DNA of 64,000 nt from Betaproteobacteria bacterium (GTDB taxonomy: Bacteria; Pseudomonadota; Gammaproteobacteria; Burkholderiales; Ferrovaceae). Below are positions 1 through 10,220 of the stretch, one piece after another. How positions within the stretch are numbered: position 1 is the stretch's first letter; every line of letters starts with the position of its first letter. The stretch covers positions 684-64,683 of the forward strand of contig JAGWTQ010000001.1 in assembly GCA_028868905.1 (NCBI GenBank). Reading direction: 5' to 3'. The translations under genes were made by a program, and so were the position numbers. Below the pieces are notes generated by a model that had not been told where the DNA came from, ran no database searches, and was given only the letters and a program-made list of their open reading frames with translations.

Positions 1-552
1 GTCATCCGTTCGGAAGCGGACCGCCTGCAAACCCTCATGGACCGGATGTTGAGCCCCAACCGGTTGCAACAGACCGCACCCGTCAACATCCACGAAGTAC
101 TGGAGCGGGTGCGCAGCGTCATCCTGGCCGAATACCCCAGCGGCATCGTCATCCGGCGCGATTACGACACGAGCCTGCCCGAAATCATGGGCGATCGTGA
201 ACAGCTCATCCAGGCGCTCCTGAACATTGTGCGCAACGCGGCCCAGGCCATGCAGGGGCAGGGAGAAATCCTGCTCCAAAGCCGGGCACTGCGCCAGATC
301 ACCCTGGCCCGGCGCCGCTTCCGCCTGGGCCTGCAGATCCGCATCGTGGATAACGGGCCTGGCATTCCCGAAGAACTGCAGGGGCGCATTTTTCAGCCTC
401 TGGTTTCCGGACGGGAGGGAGGAACCGGGTTGGGCCTGATGTTGGCACAAAACTTGATTAGCCAGCACCATGGGATGGTGGAATTCGAAAGCAAACCTGG
501 ACGAACCTGCTTCAGTCTGATTCTGCCGATGCCCGAAACCGAATACACCTGA
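1..552 (+). CDS. ntrB: Nitrogen-regulation sensor histidine kinase NtrB/GlnL, C-terminal part (5' end lies outside the window)
   Basis: Frame 1 is open from base 1. The translated tail carries HATPase_c boxes (LLNIVRNAAQAM, DNGPGIP, GGTGLGLMLA). It ends 15 nt upstream of ntrC. Confidence 0.85.
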   Translation, partial: VIRSEADRLQTLMDRMLSPNRLQQTAPVNIHEVLERVRSVILAEYPSGIVIRRDYDTSLPEIMGDREQLIQALLNIVRNAAQAMQGQGEILLQSRALRQITLARRRFRLGLQIRIVDNGPGIPEELQGRIFQPLVSGREGGTGLGLMLAQNLISQHHGMVEFESKPGRTCFSLILPMPETEYT

Positions 553-567
553 CGTTACCGAGGGGCC

Positions 568-1989
568 ATGAGCGCAATGAATTCTGTATGGATTGTTGAT
601 GACGACCGTTCCATCCGCTGGGTATTCGAGAAAGCGCTCACACGGGAGAACATTCCCTTCCGCACGTTTTCCTCGGCCCAGGACGCACTGGCGCTGCTGG
701 ACAGCGAAACGCCCCGGGTGGTGGTGAGCGACATCCGGATGCCCGGGGGTTCCGGCTTCGATCTCCTGGACCGGCTCAAGGTGCGCCACCCGGATCTTCC
801 GGTCATCATCATGACGGCTTACTCGGACCTCGAGAGCGCCGTTTCGGCGTTTCAGGGCGGCGCCTACGAATACCTGCCGAAGCCGTTCGACGTGGATCAT
901 GCCATCGAACTGGTGCGGCGTGCCCTGGAAGAGGGCATGCGCACCGAAGAAGCCCTGGACGAAAACCAGGAGACCCCGGAAATTCTGGGACAGGCCCCTT
1001 CAATGCAGGAAGTTTTCCGGGCCATCGGCAGGCTGTCCCAGTCCAACGCCACCGTGCTCATCAACGGTGAATCCGGCACCGGCAAGGAACTGGTGGCGCG
1101 GGCCCTGCACCGCCACAGCAGCCGTTCCGGAAAACCGTTCATTGCCATCAATACGGCCGCCATCCCCAAGGAGTTGCTGGAATCGGAGCTGTTTGGGCAC
1201 GAGCGCGGGGCTTTCACCGGCGCCAACACCTTGCGCCGTGGCCGCTTCGAGCAGGCGGAAGGGGGTACGCTGTTTCTGGACGAAATCGGCGACATGCCGG
1301 CCGACCTGCAAACACGCCTTCTGCGAGTCCTGTCCGACGGCCAGTTCTACCGGGTCGGCGGCCATTCCCCCGTAGCTTCCAAAGTGCGCATCATTGCCGC
1401 CACCCACCAGGACCTGGAAGCCCGGGTCAGGGATGGCCTGTTTCGGGAAGACCTCTTCCACCGCCTCAACGTGATCCGCATCCGGCTTCCGTCCCTGCGG
1501 GAGCGGCGCCAGGACATCCCGTTGCTGGCGCGTCATTTCCTGCAAAAAAGCGCGCGGGAGCTTCAGGTGGAACCCAAGCGCCTGTCCGAGGCGGCCGTGC
1601 GCACCCTGGAAAGCCTGGAATGGCGCGGCAATGTGAGGCAACTGGAAAACGTGTGCCACTGGCTCACCGTCATGGCCCCGGGCGTGAACATCGACGTGGG
1701 CGACCTGCCTGCGGAACTGAAGGGCCTGGCCGAAACCACGCTGCCGGTGCACTGGAAAACCGCCCTGGAAACGGAAGTGGCCCAGGCGCTTGGGCGCGGC
1801 GAGCACGGCATCCTGGATCGTCTGCTCCGGGACTTCGAACGCACGCTCATCGCGCAGGCACTCGCCTTCACCCACGGACGCCGCATTGAAGCCGCCCATT
1901 TGCTGGGCTGGGGCCGCAACACGCTGACGCGGAAGATTCAGGAACTGGGGCTGGACGAAGCGGAGAATTCCGCCAACACCGGCGCATGA
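568..1989 (+). CDS. ntrC: Sigma54-dependent nitrogen response regulator NtrC
   Basis: Receiver domain (VWIVDDDRSIR...SDIRMPG), AAA+ sigma54-interaction domain (GESGTGKE, GAFTGA, Walker B FLDEIGD) and C-terminal HTH (AAHLLGWGRNTLTRKIQELG). It directly follows ntrB. Confidence 0.93.
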   Translation: MSAMNSVWIVDDDRSIRWVFEKALTRENIPFRTFSSAQDALALLDSETPRVVVSDIRMPGGSGFDLLDRLKVRHPDLPVIIMTAYSDLESAVSAFQGGAYEYLPKPFDVDHAIELVRRALEEGMRTEEALDENQETPEILGQAPSMQEVFRAIGRLSQSNATVLINGESGTGKELVARALHRHSSRSGKPFIAINTAAIPKELLESELFGHERGAFTGANTLRRGRFEQAEGGTLFLDEIGDMPADLQTRLLRVLSDGQFYRVGGHSPVASKVRIIAATHQDLEARVRDGLFREDLFHRLNVIRIRLPSLRERRQDIPLLARHFLQKSARELQVEPKRLSEAAVRTLESLEWRGNVRQLENVCHWLTVMAPGVNIDVGDLPAELKGLAETTLPVHWKTALETEVAQALGRGEHGILDRLLRDFERTLIAQALAFTHGRRIEAAHLLGWGRNTLTRKIQELGLDEAENSANTGA

Positions 1990-2729
1990 TCGGAGGGACG
2001 TTCGGCAGCACGCGGTGTTTTGTCGATGATGCAGGCCGCACACCGGGGACGCAGCGCTTCGCTCACCAGGATGTGGTCGATGCGCAACCCCATGTCCCGT
2101 TTGAAGGCATTCACGCGATAATGCCACCAGCTGTAGGAGCGTTCGGCCTGATCAAACAGGCGAAAGCTGTCGCGCAGCCCGACGGACAGCAGGGCACCAA
2201 AAGCCGCGCGCTCCAGGTCGCTGCACAGTACCTCCCCCTTCCAGGCCACCGGATCGTAAACATCCCTGTCTTCGGGAGCCACGTTGAAATCCCCGGCCAC
2301 CACCAACCGGGGATACTGCCGAAGAGCCGCGGCAAGGTATTCGCGCAACGCTTCGAACCAGCGTAATTTGTAGGCATATTTTTCGGAAGTCAGGGATTCC
2401 CCGTTGGGACAGTAAACGGAAATCACCCGGGTGTCGCCGTAAGTGCCGGCAATCACCCGCTGCTGCACGTCCTCGAACCCCGGCATGCCCACCAGTGGAT
2501 CCGATCCCGGAGCCCGGCTGAGCAGCGCCACCCCGTTATAGGTTTTCTGCCCCGCCACCAGCGCGTGGTAGCCCGCCTCTTCAACGGCGGCCAGAGGGAA
2601 ACTGCCAGTTTCGCATTTGAGTTCCTGCAGGCACAGCACATCGGGTTGATGCGCCTGCAGCCAGGACAGGACCTGGTCCAGGCGCACCTTGATGGAGTTC
2701 ACGTTCCAGGTGGCGATTTTCATGTTCAT
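1938..2729 (-). CDS. xthA: Exodeoxyribonuclease III
   Basis: MKIATWNVNSIKVRL...CLQELK...GDFNVAP...SDHAPV are the endonuclease/exonuclease/phosphatase family hallmarks. Start is ambiguous between ATG at 2729 and 2723; the track ORF start at 2738 is TTG. Confidence 0.9.
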   Translation of the reverse strand: MNMKIATWNVNSIKVRLDQVLSWLQAHQPDVLCLQELKCETGSFPLAAVEEAGYHALVAGQKTYNGVALLSRAPGSDPLVGMPGFEDVQQRVIAGTYGDTRVISVYCPNGESLTSEKYAYKLRWFEALREYLAAALRQYPRLVVAGDFNVAPEDRDVYDPVAWKGEVLCSDLERAAFGALLSVGLRDSFRLFDQAERSYSWWHYRVNAFKRDMGLRIDHILVSEALRPRCAACIIDKTPRAAERPSDHAPVLAEFSASSSPSS

Positions 2730-2734
2730 CGGTT

Positions 2735-4165
2735 TCAACGTTGGTAGCGCTTGAGTGTTTTTTCCCGGGCCAGCGCGTGATCCACGATGGGCGCCGGGTA
2801 ATCCCGCCCAATGATACAGCCTGCAGCCTGCTGTTCCAGGGGTGAAAGCTTCCAGGGCGCATGGATGAACGGGGCAGGGACCCGGAGCAGTTCCGGCAGA
2901 TAGCGACGCACGAACTGCCCGTCCGGATCAAAACGCTCACCCTGGGCCACCGGATTAAAAATCCGGAACCAGGGCTGGGCATCGCAACCCGTGGAAGCCG
3001 ACCACTGCCACCCACCATTGTTGGCCGCGAGATCGTAGTCGTTCAGGTGCTCCGCAAAATGCCGCTCGCCCCAGCGCCAGTCCACGCCCAGGTCCTTCAC
3101 AAGAAACGACGCCGTGATCATGCGCAGGCGATTGTGCATGTACCCGGTCGACCGCAGTTGCCGCATGCCGGCATCGACAATCGGATAACCGGTGCGCCCT
3201 TCCTGCCAGGCCCGGAAATGATCCGGGTCGTTGTCAAAAACCAGCCGGTCGTATTCCGCGCGGAATGCCCGCGTGGCCACCCGCGGAAAATTGGCCAGGA
3301 TGGCAAAGTAGAATTCACGCCACACCAGCTCGTTCAGCCAGGCCTGCGCACCCGGGCTGCCATCGGCCACGGCATGGCGCACGAGCTCCCGAATGGAAAC
3401 CGTGCCAAAGCGCAAATGCACCGACAGGTAGGACACCCCACGCTTTCCGGGGTAATCGCGCATCTGGTGATATTGCGCCATGCGCGGCAGGAAATCGGCC
3501 AGCAACTCCCGGACGCCCTCCATGCCGGGGCGAATGCCCAGTTCCAGCAAATTGGTGGCTTGAAATCCCAGCGTCCCGAGCGCAGGCAACGGAACCTCCC
3601 CGCCACTCCGGGCAAGCGATTCAAAGCGCATGGGCCAGGGAGCCGCCAGGCCATCGGAAAAAGCGCGCAACCAGGCGTTGCGGTAGGGCGTGAACACCCC
3701 GTAAGGCTTGCCCCCCTGTGTCAGCAATTCCCGCCGTTCAAAAATCACCTGATCCTTGTGGGTCTGGAACGCGATGCCCAGCGCCTCAAGGGCGGCAGCC
3801 ACCGCCCCGTCACGCGCCAGGGCTTCAGGCTCGTAATCCCGGTTGGCATGGACGGCTGCCACGCCGAGGCGGGATGCCAGTTCAGGAATGCACTGTCGCG
3901 CATCGCCGTGCCGCACGATCAGCCCGCCGCCACGGCGTTCCAGCGATGCACGGAGCGCTTCCGCGCTGCGCCAGATGAATTCGACCCGGCGGTCCGTACG
4001 GCTGGACAAACCATCAAGAATCGCCGTATCGAATACAAAAACACAGTGGACCGGCGCATGGGCCTCCAATGCCCGTGCAAGCCCTGCGTTGTCCTCATCG
4101 CGCAGGTCGCGCCGAAACCAGAACAGGGCCGGGCCGGCCGTGCTGCCGGAAACATTTTTTGCCAT
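2735..4165 (-). CDS. phrB: Deoxyribodipyrimidine photolyase (class I CPD type)
   Basis: ALFWFRRDLRDEDN N-terminus, WREFY, TGYPIVDAGMRQL and GYMHNRLRMITASFLVKDL FAD-binding motifs. Start taken at internal ATG (MAKNVSG...) rather than the 4240 ORF start. Confidence 0.9.
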   Translation of the reverse strand: MAKNVSGSTAGPALFWFRRDLRDEDNAGLARALEAHAPVHCVFVFDTAILDGLSSRTDRRVEFIWRSAEALRASLERRGGGLIVRHGDARQCIPELASRLGVAAVHANRDYEPEALARDGAVAAALEALGIAFQTHKDQVIFERRELLTQGGKPYGVFTPYRNAWLRAFSDGLAAPWPMRFESLARSGGEVPLPALGTLGFQATNLLELGIRPGMEGVRELLADFLPRMAQYHQMRDYPGKRGVSYLSVHLRFGTVSIRELVRHAVADGSPGAQAWLNELVWREFYFAILANFPRVATRAFRAEYDRLVFDNDPDHFRAWQEGRTGYPIVDAGMRQLRSTGYMHNRLRMITASFLVKDLGVDWRWGERHFAEHLNDYDLAANNGGWQWSASTGCDAQPWFRIFNPVAQGERFDPDGQFVRRYLPELLRVPAPFIHAPWKLSPLEQQAAGCIIGRDYPAPIVDHALAREKTLKRYQR

Positions 4166-4220
4166 GGCACATAGTATGCCATCCGGTCGTCCGCAGCCCG
4201 GAATATGCGATAATCCGCGC

Positions 4221-4781
4221 ATGGGTTCCGTCAACCTCACGAATCATTTTCTGATCGCCATGCCGGCGCTCCAGGACTCGAATTTTTCCGGAACGATCGC
4301 CTACATCTGCCGCCACGACGAGAATGGCGCCCTGGGCCTGGTCGTCAACCGCCCCATGAACATGACGCTGGGGACCCTTTTCCAGCAGATCGAAATTCCG
4401 CTGGAAAGCGAAATCCTGTCCGCACGGCCGGTGTATCTGGGCGGCCCGGTGCAAACCGACCGCGGATTCATCCTGCATTCACCCGTGGGCAACTGGCGCT
4501 CCACCTTGCGCGTGAACGAGGCTATCGGCCTGACCACGTCACGCGACATCCTGGAAGAAATGGGTCGCGGACAGGCACCTGAAAGCCTGTTCGTATCCCT
4601 CGGTTATGCTGGCTGGGGTGCCGGACAACTCGAAGAGGAGATCAAACTCAACAGCTGGCTGACGGTGGAAGCCCGCATGGACGTGGTGTTTGAAATGCCT
4701 GCCGAAGCCCGGCTGCCCGCCGCACTGCACATCCTGGGCATCGATCCCGCCTTTCTTTCCGACGAAGCAGGACATGCCTGA
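4221..4781 (+). CDS. yqgE: YqgE/AlgH family (UPF0301) protein
   Basis: LTNHFLIAMPALQDSNFSGTIAYICRHDENGALGLVVNRP is the typical family N-terminus. The upstream part of the track ORF (3843-4220) is antisense to phrB and is discarded. Confidence 0.85.
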   Translation: MGSVNLTNHFLIAMPALQDSNFSGTIAYICRHDENGALGLVVNRPMNMTLGTLFQQIEIPLESEILSARPVYLGGPVQTDRGFILHSPVGNWRSTLRVNEAIGLTTSRDILEEMGRGQAPESLFVSLGYAGWGAGQLEEEIKLNSWLTVEARMDVVFEMPAEARLPAALHILGIDPAFLSDEAGHA

Positions 4782-5199
4782 GGCCGGAACGGTGCTGGCG
4801 TTCGACTATGGCCTCAAACACACCGGCGTGGCCCTGGGTGAGCTGGCAAGCGGCCTGTGCCGCCCCCTGGAAACCATACATGCCGCGACTCGCGCGGCCC
4901 GCTGGAAGGCCATCGACCGCCTGATGCAGGAATGGGATCCGGTGCGACTGGTGGTCGGACTCCCCCTTGACGCAGACGGCAACGAACAGGAAACCACGCG
5001 GCAGTGCAGGAACTTCGCTGCCGAGCTGGAGTCCAGGACAGGGCGGCAGACGGCCCTGGTTGATGAACGCTACACCTCCCTGGAAGCCGATGCCGCCCTG
5101 CGGGAGCAGGGCTATACCCAACAACAGCGCGCCGAAGCAGAACATGCGGCAGCGGCGGCGCTGATTCTTCAAAGCTATCTGGAGTCCAGAACCCCATGA
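4774..5199 (+). CDS. ruvX: Holliday junction resolvase-like / pre-16S rRNA nuclease RuvX (YqgF)
   Basis: [17 protein letters not shown] RNase H-like N-terminus. The ATG overlaps the yqgE stop by 8 nt, and yqgE-yqgF pairing is conserved. Confidence 0.88.
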   Translation: MPEAGTVLAFDYGLKHTGVALGELASGLCRPLETIHAATRAARWKAIDRLMQEWDPVRLVVGLPLDADGNEQETTRQCRNFAAELESRTGRQTALVDERYTSLEADAALREQGYTQQQRAEAEHAAAAALILQSYLESRTP

Positions 5200-6164
5200 A
5201 CGGCAACCCTCAACTGAGCCCCGAAGGCAGACTGCAGCACCTGCTCACCATCGAAGGGCTGCCACCGTCGATCCTGTTCCACATCCTGGACACGGCAGCC
5301 AATTTCGAACATGTCGCCCAGCAGGAAATCAAGAAGGTCCCCCACCTGCAGGGCAAATCGGTGTTCAACCTGTTTTTCGAGGCGTCCACACGGACTCGCA
5401 CCACTTTTGAAATCGCCGCCAAACGGCTGTCGGCTGACGTGATCAACCTCAACGTCAATGCGTCCAGCCAAAGCAAGGGCGAAACCCTGCTCGACACGGT
5501 GGACAACCTTTCGGCCATGCAAGCCGACATGTTCGTGGTCCGGCATGCGGAAAGCGGAGCCGCACACCTGATCGCCAACCATGTGGCGCCCGGCATTCAC
5601 GTGATCAATGCCGGTGACGGTCGCCATGCCCACCCCACCCAGGCGCTCCTGGACATGTACACCATCCGTCACTTCAAGCACCGCTTCGAAAACCTGCGGG
5701 TGGCCATTGTCGGCGACGTGCTGCATTCGCGCGTGGCGCGTTCCCAGATTCATGCCCTCACCACGTTGCGGGTTCCCGAAGTGCGCGTGATTGGTCCCAA
5801 GACCCTGATCCCGAGGGATGTGGAACAGCTTGGCGTGCGGGTGTACCACGACATGGTCCAGGGTCTCAAGGACGTGGACGTGGTGATCATGTTGCGTCTG
5901 CAAAACGAACGCATGAACGGTGCCCTGCTGCCCACCCGTGACGAGTACTTCAAATACTATGGGCTGACACCGGCCAAGCTGGCCCGCGCAAAACCGGATG
6001 CCATCGTGATGCATCCTGGCCCCATGAACCGGGGCGTGGAAATCGCCTCGGAAGTGGCTGATGGCGTCCAGTCCGTGATTTTGAAGCAAGTCACTTTCGG
6101 CATTGCAGTACGCATGGCCGTCATGTCCATTCTGGCCGGAGAACGAGGCGGAAACTTTTCATGA
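5196..6164 (+). CDS. pyrB: Aspartate carbamoyltransferase catalytic subunit
   Basis: STRTRTTFE carbamoyl-phosphate motif, HPTQALLD and HPGP motifs. 4-nt overlap with ruvX. Confidence 0.95.
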   Translation: MNGNPQLSPEGRLQHLLTIEGLPPSILFHILDTAANFEHVAQQEIKKVPHLQGKSVFNLFFEASTRTRTTFEIAAKRLSADVINLNVNASSQSKGETLLDTVDNLSAMQADMFVVRHAESGAAHLIANHVAPGIHVINAGDGRHAHPTQALLDMYTIRHFKHRFENLRVAIVGDVLHSRVARSQIHALTTLRVPEVRVIGPKTLIPRDVEQLGVRVYHDMVQGLKDVDVVIMLRLQNERMNGALLPTRDEYFKYYGLTPAKLARAKPDAIVMHPGPMNRGVEIASEVADGVQSVILKQVTFGIAVRMAVMSILAGERGGNFS

Positions 6165-7444
6165 AAATCCAGATCAGCAACGGACGCGTCATCAACCCTG
6201 CGAGCGGCCTGGACGAAATCCAGGATGTCTTCATCGCCGCAGGAAAAATCGTGGGGCTGGGCCAGGGCCCGGCCGGATTCGCCCCCAACCGGGTGATCGA
6301 TGCCCGCAACAAGATCGTGATGCCGGGCCTGGTGGACCTCGCGGCACGCTTGCGTGAACCGGGATTCGAATACCTGGCCACGCTTGAAAGCGAAATGTTC
6401 GCTGCCACGGTGGGTGGCATCACCAGCCTGGCCTGCCCGCCGGACACGGATCCTCCCCTGGACGAACCGGGCCTGGTGGAAATGCTCAAACACCGCGCCA
6501 AGGGGCGAAACCAGACCAACGTCCATCCCCTTGGCGCGCTCACTCAGCAATTGCAAGGCACACGCCTCACCGAAATGGGTGAATTGAGGGATGCCGGCTG
6601 CGTGGCCTTCTCGCAGGCCAATACCCCCCTCATGGACACCCAGGTTCTGGGGCGCGCCCTGGACTACGCATCAACCTTCGGTTTCACCGTCTGGCTGCAA
6701 CCCCAGGATGGGTATCTGGCCCGAGGCGGCGTGGCTCACGATGGCGAAGTTGCGTCGCGCCTGGGCTTGCCGGCCATTCCGACCTGCGCCGAAACCATCG
6801 CCATCTCCACCATCCTGCACCTGGTGCGGCATACCCGCGCACGTGTCCACCTGTGTCGCCTGTCAAGCGCGGCAGGGCTCGACCTGGTGCGGGCGGCCAA
6901 GGCTGAAGGACTCCCCGTCACCTGCGACATCTCCATCAATCACCTCCATCTGTCCGAGCACGACATCGGGTTTTTCAATCCCCATTGCCGCCTGGTGCCT
7001 CCCTTGCGCAGTCTGCGCGACCGGGATGCATTGCGCGCCGGACTGGCTGACGGCACAGTGGATGCCCTGGTTTCGGATCATTCGCCGGTGGATGCGGAGT
7101 CCAAGCAGGTCCCGTTCGAAGCCGCAGAACCTGGCGCCACAGGCGTGGAGCTGCTGCTGCCACTGGCCCTGCAATGGGCCCGGCAGGACAACATCCCGCT
7201 GGTGCGTGCCTTGTCGCGCATCACGGCCGACCCTTCCCGCATCCTGGGCGTACCGGCTGGGCAGATCGCCCCGGGCAGCACCGCCGATCTCTGCATTTTC
7301 AACCCCGACCAGGAATGGGTCGTCACGCCCCAGGCCCTCAAAAGCCAGGGCAAGAATACGCCTTTCCTCAACCTGCCCTTGCTGGGCCGGGCGTCACACA
7401 CCGTCGTGGGCGGCTTCCTGATTTACGAAGACGCACGCGCCTGA
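6161..7444 (+). CDS. Dihydroorotase-like protein, probably the non-catalytic PyrC' partner of PyrB
   Basis: Amidohydrolase fold follows pyrB with a 4-nt overlap. The canonical D-x-H-x-H metal motif reads [14 protein letters not shown], so both His are absent. Confidence 0.85.
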   Translation: MKIQISNGRVINPASGLDEIQDVFIAAGKIVGLGQGPAGFAPNRVIDARNKIVMPGLVDLAARLREPGFEYLATLESEMFAATVGGITSLACPPDTDPPLDEPGLVEMLKHRAKGRNQTNVHPLGALTQQLQGTRLTEMGELRDAGCVAFSQANTPLMDTQVLGRALDYASTFGFTVWLQPQDGYLARGGVAHDGEVASRLGLPAIPTCAETIAISTILHLVRHTRARVHLCRLSSAAGLDLVRAAKAEGLPVTCDISINHLHLSEHDIGFFNPHCRLVPPLRSLRDRDALRAGLADGTVDALVSDHSPVDAESKQVPFEAAEPGATGVELLLPLALQWARQDNIPLVRALSRITADPSRILGVPAGQIAPGSTADLCIFNPDQEWVVTPQALKSQGKNTPFLNLPLLGRASHTVVGGFLIYEDARA

Positions 7445-7455
7445 GGACCAAGATC

Positions 7456-9498
7456 ATGAATCCCCTGCTCGATTTCTCGGGCCTTCCCCGTTTTGCGGAT
7501 ATCCGCCCCGAACACGTGGGCCCTGCCGTTGATGCCCTGATCGAAGAAAACAGCCGCACCCTGGAAGCGGTCATGGCCCAGGCCGAAACCCCGTCCTGGG
7601 CTCGTTTCGTGGCCCCCCTGGAAGATGCCAACGAACGCCTGTCACGCGCCTGGGGCCAGGTGGCGCACCTCAATGCCGTGGTCAACACGCCGGCCCTGCG
7701 CGATGCCTACAACGCCAACCTGCCGAAAATCACCCAGTACTGGGCAGGGCTGGCGCAAAACGAACGCCTGCACTCCGGCTACAAGACCTTGCGTGCCAGC
7801 GCCGAGTTCAGCGCGTTGTCAGCTGCGCGGCAGCGCATCGTGGAAAACGAGTTGCGCGATTTCCGGCTGGGCGGTGCCGAACTTCCGCCCGAACAAAAAT
7901 CGCGTTTCCTGGAAATCCAGGAGGCGATGGCCGCAATCGGGGCACGTTTCGAGCAGAACCTGCTCGATGCCACCAATGGCTTTGGGCACAGGGTGCAAGA
8001 CCCCGCCGAACTGGCCGGCCTGCCGGAAGAGGTGATGGAAGCTGCCCGTGAAGCGGCTGCCAAGGACGGGCACCCGGGCTGGAAGCTGACCTTGCATGCC
8101 CCGTGCTACCTGCCCGTCATGCAATATGCCGAATCACGCGCCTTGCGCGAACTCATGTATCGCGCCTATGCCACCCGTGCTTCCGAATTCGGGCCTGCCG
8201 AATGGGACAACACAACCCTGATCCGGGAACTGCTGGCCCTGCGGTCCGAAGAAGCGGCCCTGCTGGGCTTCGGAAATTTTGCCGAACTGTCGCTCGAAGC
8301 CAAAATGGCCGATTCGCCCGAGGCCGTGTTGTGCTTCCTGCGGGATCTGGCCACCCGTGCCAAACCCTATGCCGAGCGCGACCGGGATGCCCTGGTCGCT
8401 TTTGCCCGCGAGGAGCTTGGCCTGTCCCACCTGGCTCCGTGGGATGTGGCGTTCGTTTCCGAAAAATTGCGTGTCCAGCGCTACGCCTTTTCCGACCTGG
8501 AAGTGAAGCAGTATTTTCCCGAAGAACGTGTGCTGGAAGGGTTGTTCGATGTCATCCGGCGGCTCTACGGACTTTCCGTGCAACCGGCCCAGGCCCCCAC
8601 CTGGCACAAGGACGCCCGCTTCTACGAGCTGCGCGACAGCCGCAACACAGCGGTCGGACAGTTTTACCTGGACCTGTATGCGCGCTCCGGAAAACGCGGA
8701 GGCGCCTGGATGGACGACGCCATCACCCGGCGCCGGGTGGGCGAGCGAATCCAGCCCCCGGTGGCCTACCTCACCTGCAACTTTTCCGCTCCGGTGGGAG
8801 GAAAGCCGGCCACCTTCACCCATGATGAAGTCATCACGCTGTTTCACGAGTTCGGCCACGGCCTGCACCATCTGCTCACGCAGATGGAGGACCTGCCCAT
8901 TTCAGGCATCAACGGCGTGGAATGGGATGCCGTGGAACTGCCCAGCCAGTTCATGGAAAATTTCTGCTGGGAATGGGATGTCCTGTCCCGGATGACCCGC
9001 CACGTGGACAGCGGAGAACCGCTGCCGCGCGCACTGTATGAACGCATGACGGCGGCCCGTCATTTCCAGAGCGGCATGCAGACCGTGCGCCAGATCGAGT
9101 TCGCCCTGTTCGACATGGAATTGCATGCCGGGCCTGATTCCGGCGAAGACCCGCTCTCACTGCTTGAACGCATCCGCGATGAAGTGGCCGTGGTCCGTCC
9201 GCCCGCCTGGCACCGGTTCCCCAACAGCTTCTCGCACATCTTTGCCGGAGGGTACGCTGCGGGCTATTACAGCTACAAATGGGCGGAAGTCCTCTCCGCC
9301 GACGCCTACAGCCTGTTCGAGGAAAACGGCATTTTCGACGCACAAACCGGCGAACGTTTCCTGCGCGAAATACTGGCTCGCGGCGGCAGTCGTCCCGCGC
9401 TGGATTCTTTCATGGCCTTCAGGGGAAGGGCGCCCGCCATCGATGCGTTGCTGCGTCACCACGGCATGGCGACGACGGACACCGCCCCGGCTCACTGA
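7456..9498 (+). CDS. prlC: Oligopeptidase A (M3 family zinc metallopeptidase)
   Basis: MNPLLDFSGLPRFADIRPEHV N-terminus and the HEFGH zinc motif (LFHEFGHGLHH). The upstream 7174-7455 part of the track ORF overlaps pyrC' and is discarded. Confidence 0.92.
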   Translation: MNPLLDFSGLPRFADIRPEHVGPAVDALIEENSRTLEAVMAQAETPSWARFVAPLEDANERLSRAWGQVAHLNAVVNTPALRDAYNANLPKITQYWAGLAQNERLHSGYKTLRASAEFSALSAARQRIVENELRDFRLGGAELPPEQKSRFLEIQEAMAAIGARFEQNLLDATNGFGHRVQDPAELAGLPEEVMEAAREAAAKDGHPGWKLTLHAPCYLPVMQYAESRALRELMYRAYATRASEFGPAEWDNTTLIRELLALRSEEAALLGFGNFAELSLEAKMADSPEAVLCFLRDLATRAKPYAERDRDALVAFAREELGLSHLAPWDVAFVSEKLRVQRYAFSDLEVKQYFPEERVLEGLFDVIRRLYGLSVQPAQAPTWHKDARFYELRDSRNTAVGQFYLDLYARSGKRGGAWMDDAITRRRVGERIQPPVAYLTCNFSAPVGGKPATFTHDEVITLFHEFGHGLHHLLTQMEDLPISGINGVEWDAVELPSQFMENFCWEWDVLSRMTRHVDSGEPLPRALYERMTAARHFQSGMQTVRQIEFALFDMELHAGPDSGEDPLSLLERIRDEVAVVRPPAWHRFPNSFSHIFAGGYAAGYYSYKWAEVLSADAYSLFEENGIFDAQTGERFLREILARGGSRPALDSFMAFRGRAPAIDALLRHHGMATTDTAPAH

Positions 9499-10220
9499 CT
9501 CTGTACGGCCTCCCCGGCCCGGATGAAATTAAACGAGCGGGTAATGCTGACGAGGTCGGCCCGGGCCCGCATGGCCGGCGTGAAGGGCTGGAAAGGAGCA
9601 GCCATCTGGACAATGCGGCGCGCCGCGTCATCCAGGTCCGGACTTCCTGAAGACTGCATGATTTCCACCAGCGCCAGGCTGCCGTCCTGGTGGATCGTGG
9701 CCGTCAGGCGCACCACGCCATAAAGCCGCCGGCCGGCGACGGGGGGCGGATAATTCACGCTGCCCACCTGCTCCACTTTCTGACGGTAGGCCTCTTCGTA
9801 CGGCCCGAAAACCTCATCCCGGGTCTGCGCCGAAAGCCGGCGAACCCGCTGGCCCGCAAATGGGTCCACCACTTCTTTTCGGATCATCTGCAGGCTGCGC
9901 AACCGCAAATCCTCCTGCGGCTTGGCCGTAGCCTCCGATGCAGGCACAGCCGGCACAGACAACGGAGTGCTTTCGGCCGCGGCCGGCGCCCTGGGTTTAG
10001 CCCGCACGGGCGCCGGGACCCGACCCTGGTCCGGGGCTGCCGGTGGCACCGTGAGAGGAGCCGGTGAAGGCGCGGCCTGCTCGAGTTCGATGTTGAGCAC
10101 GGTGTCCGGCACCCTGACCCTCTTTCCCCGCTGCAAGGGAAAGATGCTCAGCAGGATGCCGTGCAGCAGGATGGAAAGCCCCAGGGCAAGTCCAAGCCGC
10201 CGGCCGTGACTTGCGCTCAA
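9492..10220 (-). CDS. TonB C-terminal-domain protein (single TM, Pro/Ala-rich spacer)
   Basis: TM segment LGLALGLSILLHGILLSIF, Pro/Ala-rich linker, TonB_C-like end (VNYPPPVAGRRLYGVVRLTATIHQDGSL...SSGSPDLDDAARRIV). Start is uncertain: the ORF is open to 10451 but would overlap the upstream gene by 235 nt. An in-frame TTG at 10220 overlaps that gene's TGA. Confidence 0.6.
   Translation of the reverse strand: MSASHGRRLGLALGLSILLHGILLSIFPLQRGKRVRVPDTVLNIELEQAAPSPAPLTVPPAAPDQGRVPAPVRAKPRAPAAAESTPLSVPAVPASEATAKPQEDLRLRSLQMIRKEVVDPFAGQRVRRLSAQTRDEVFGPYEEAYRQKVEQVGSVNYPPPVAGRRLYGVVRLTATIHQDGSLALVEIMQSSGSPDLDDAARRIVQMAAPFQPFTPAMRARADLVSITRSFNFIRAGEAVQSQ

Noticed and set aside
7174-7455. N-terminal extension of the prlC ORF (track start 7174). 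Similar extensions occur at yqgE (3843), ruvX (4690), gshB (37771), hemC (42640), mpl (13671) and glnK (19230).
   Set aside because: The extensions overlap well-supported upstream genes and are Arg/Pro/Gly-rich. In each case the conserved family N-terminus begins at an internal start codon with better spacing to the preceding gene.
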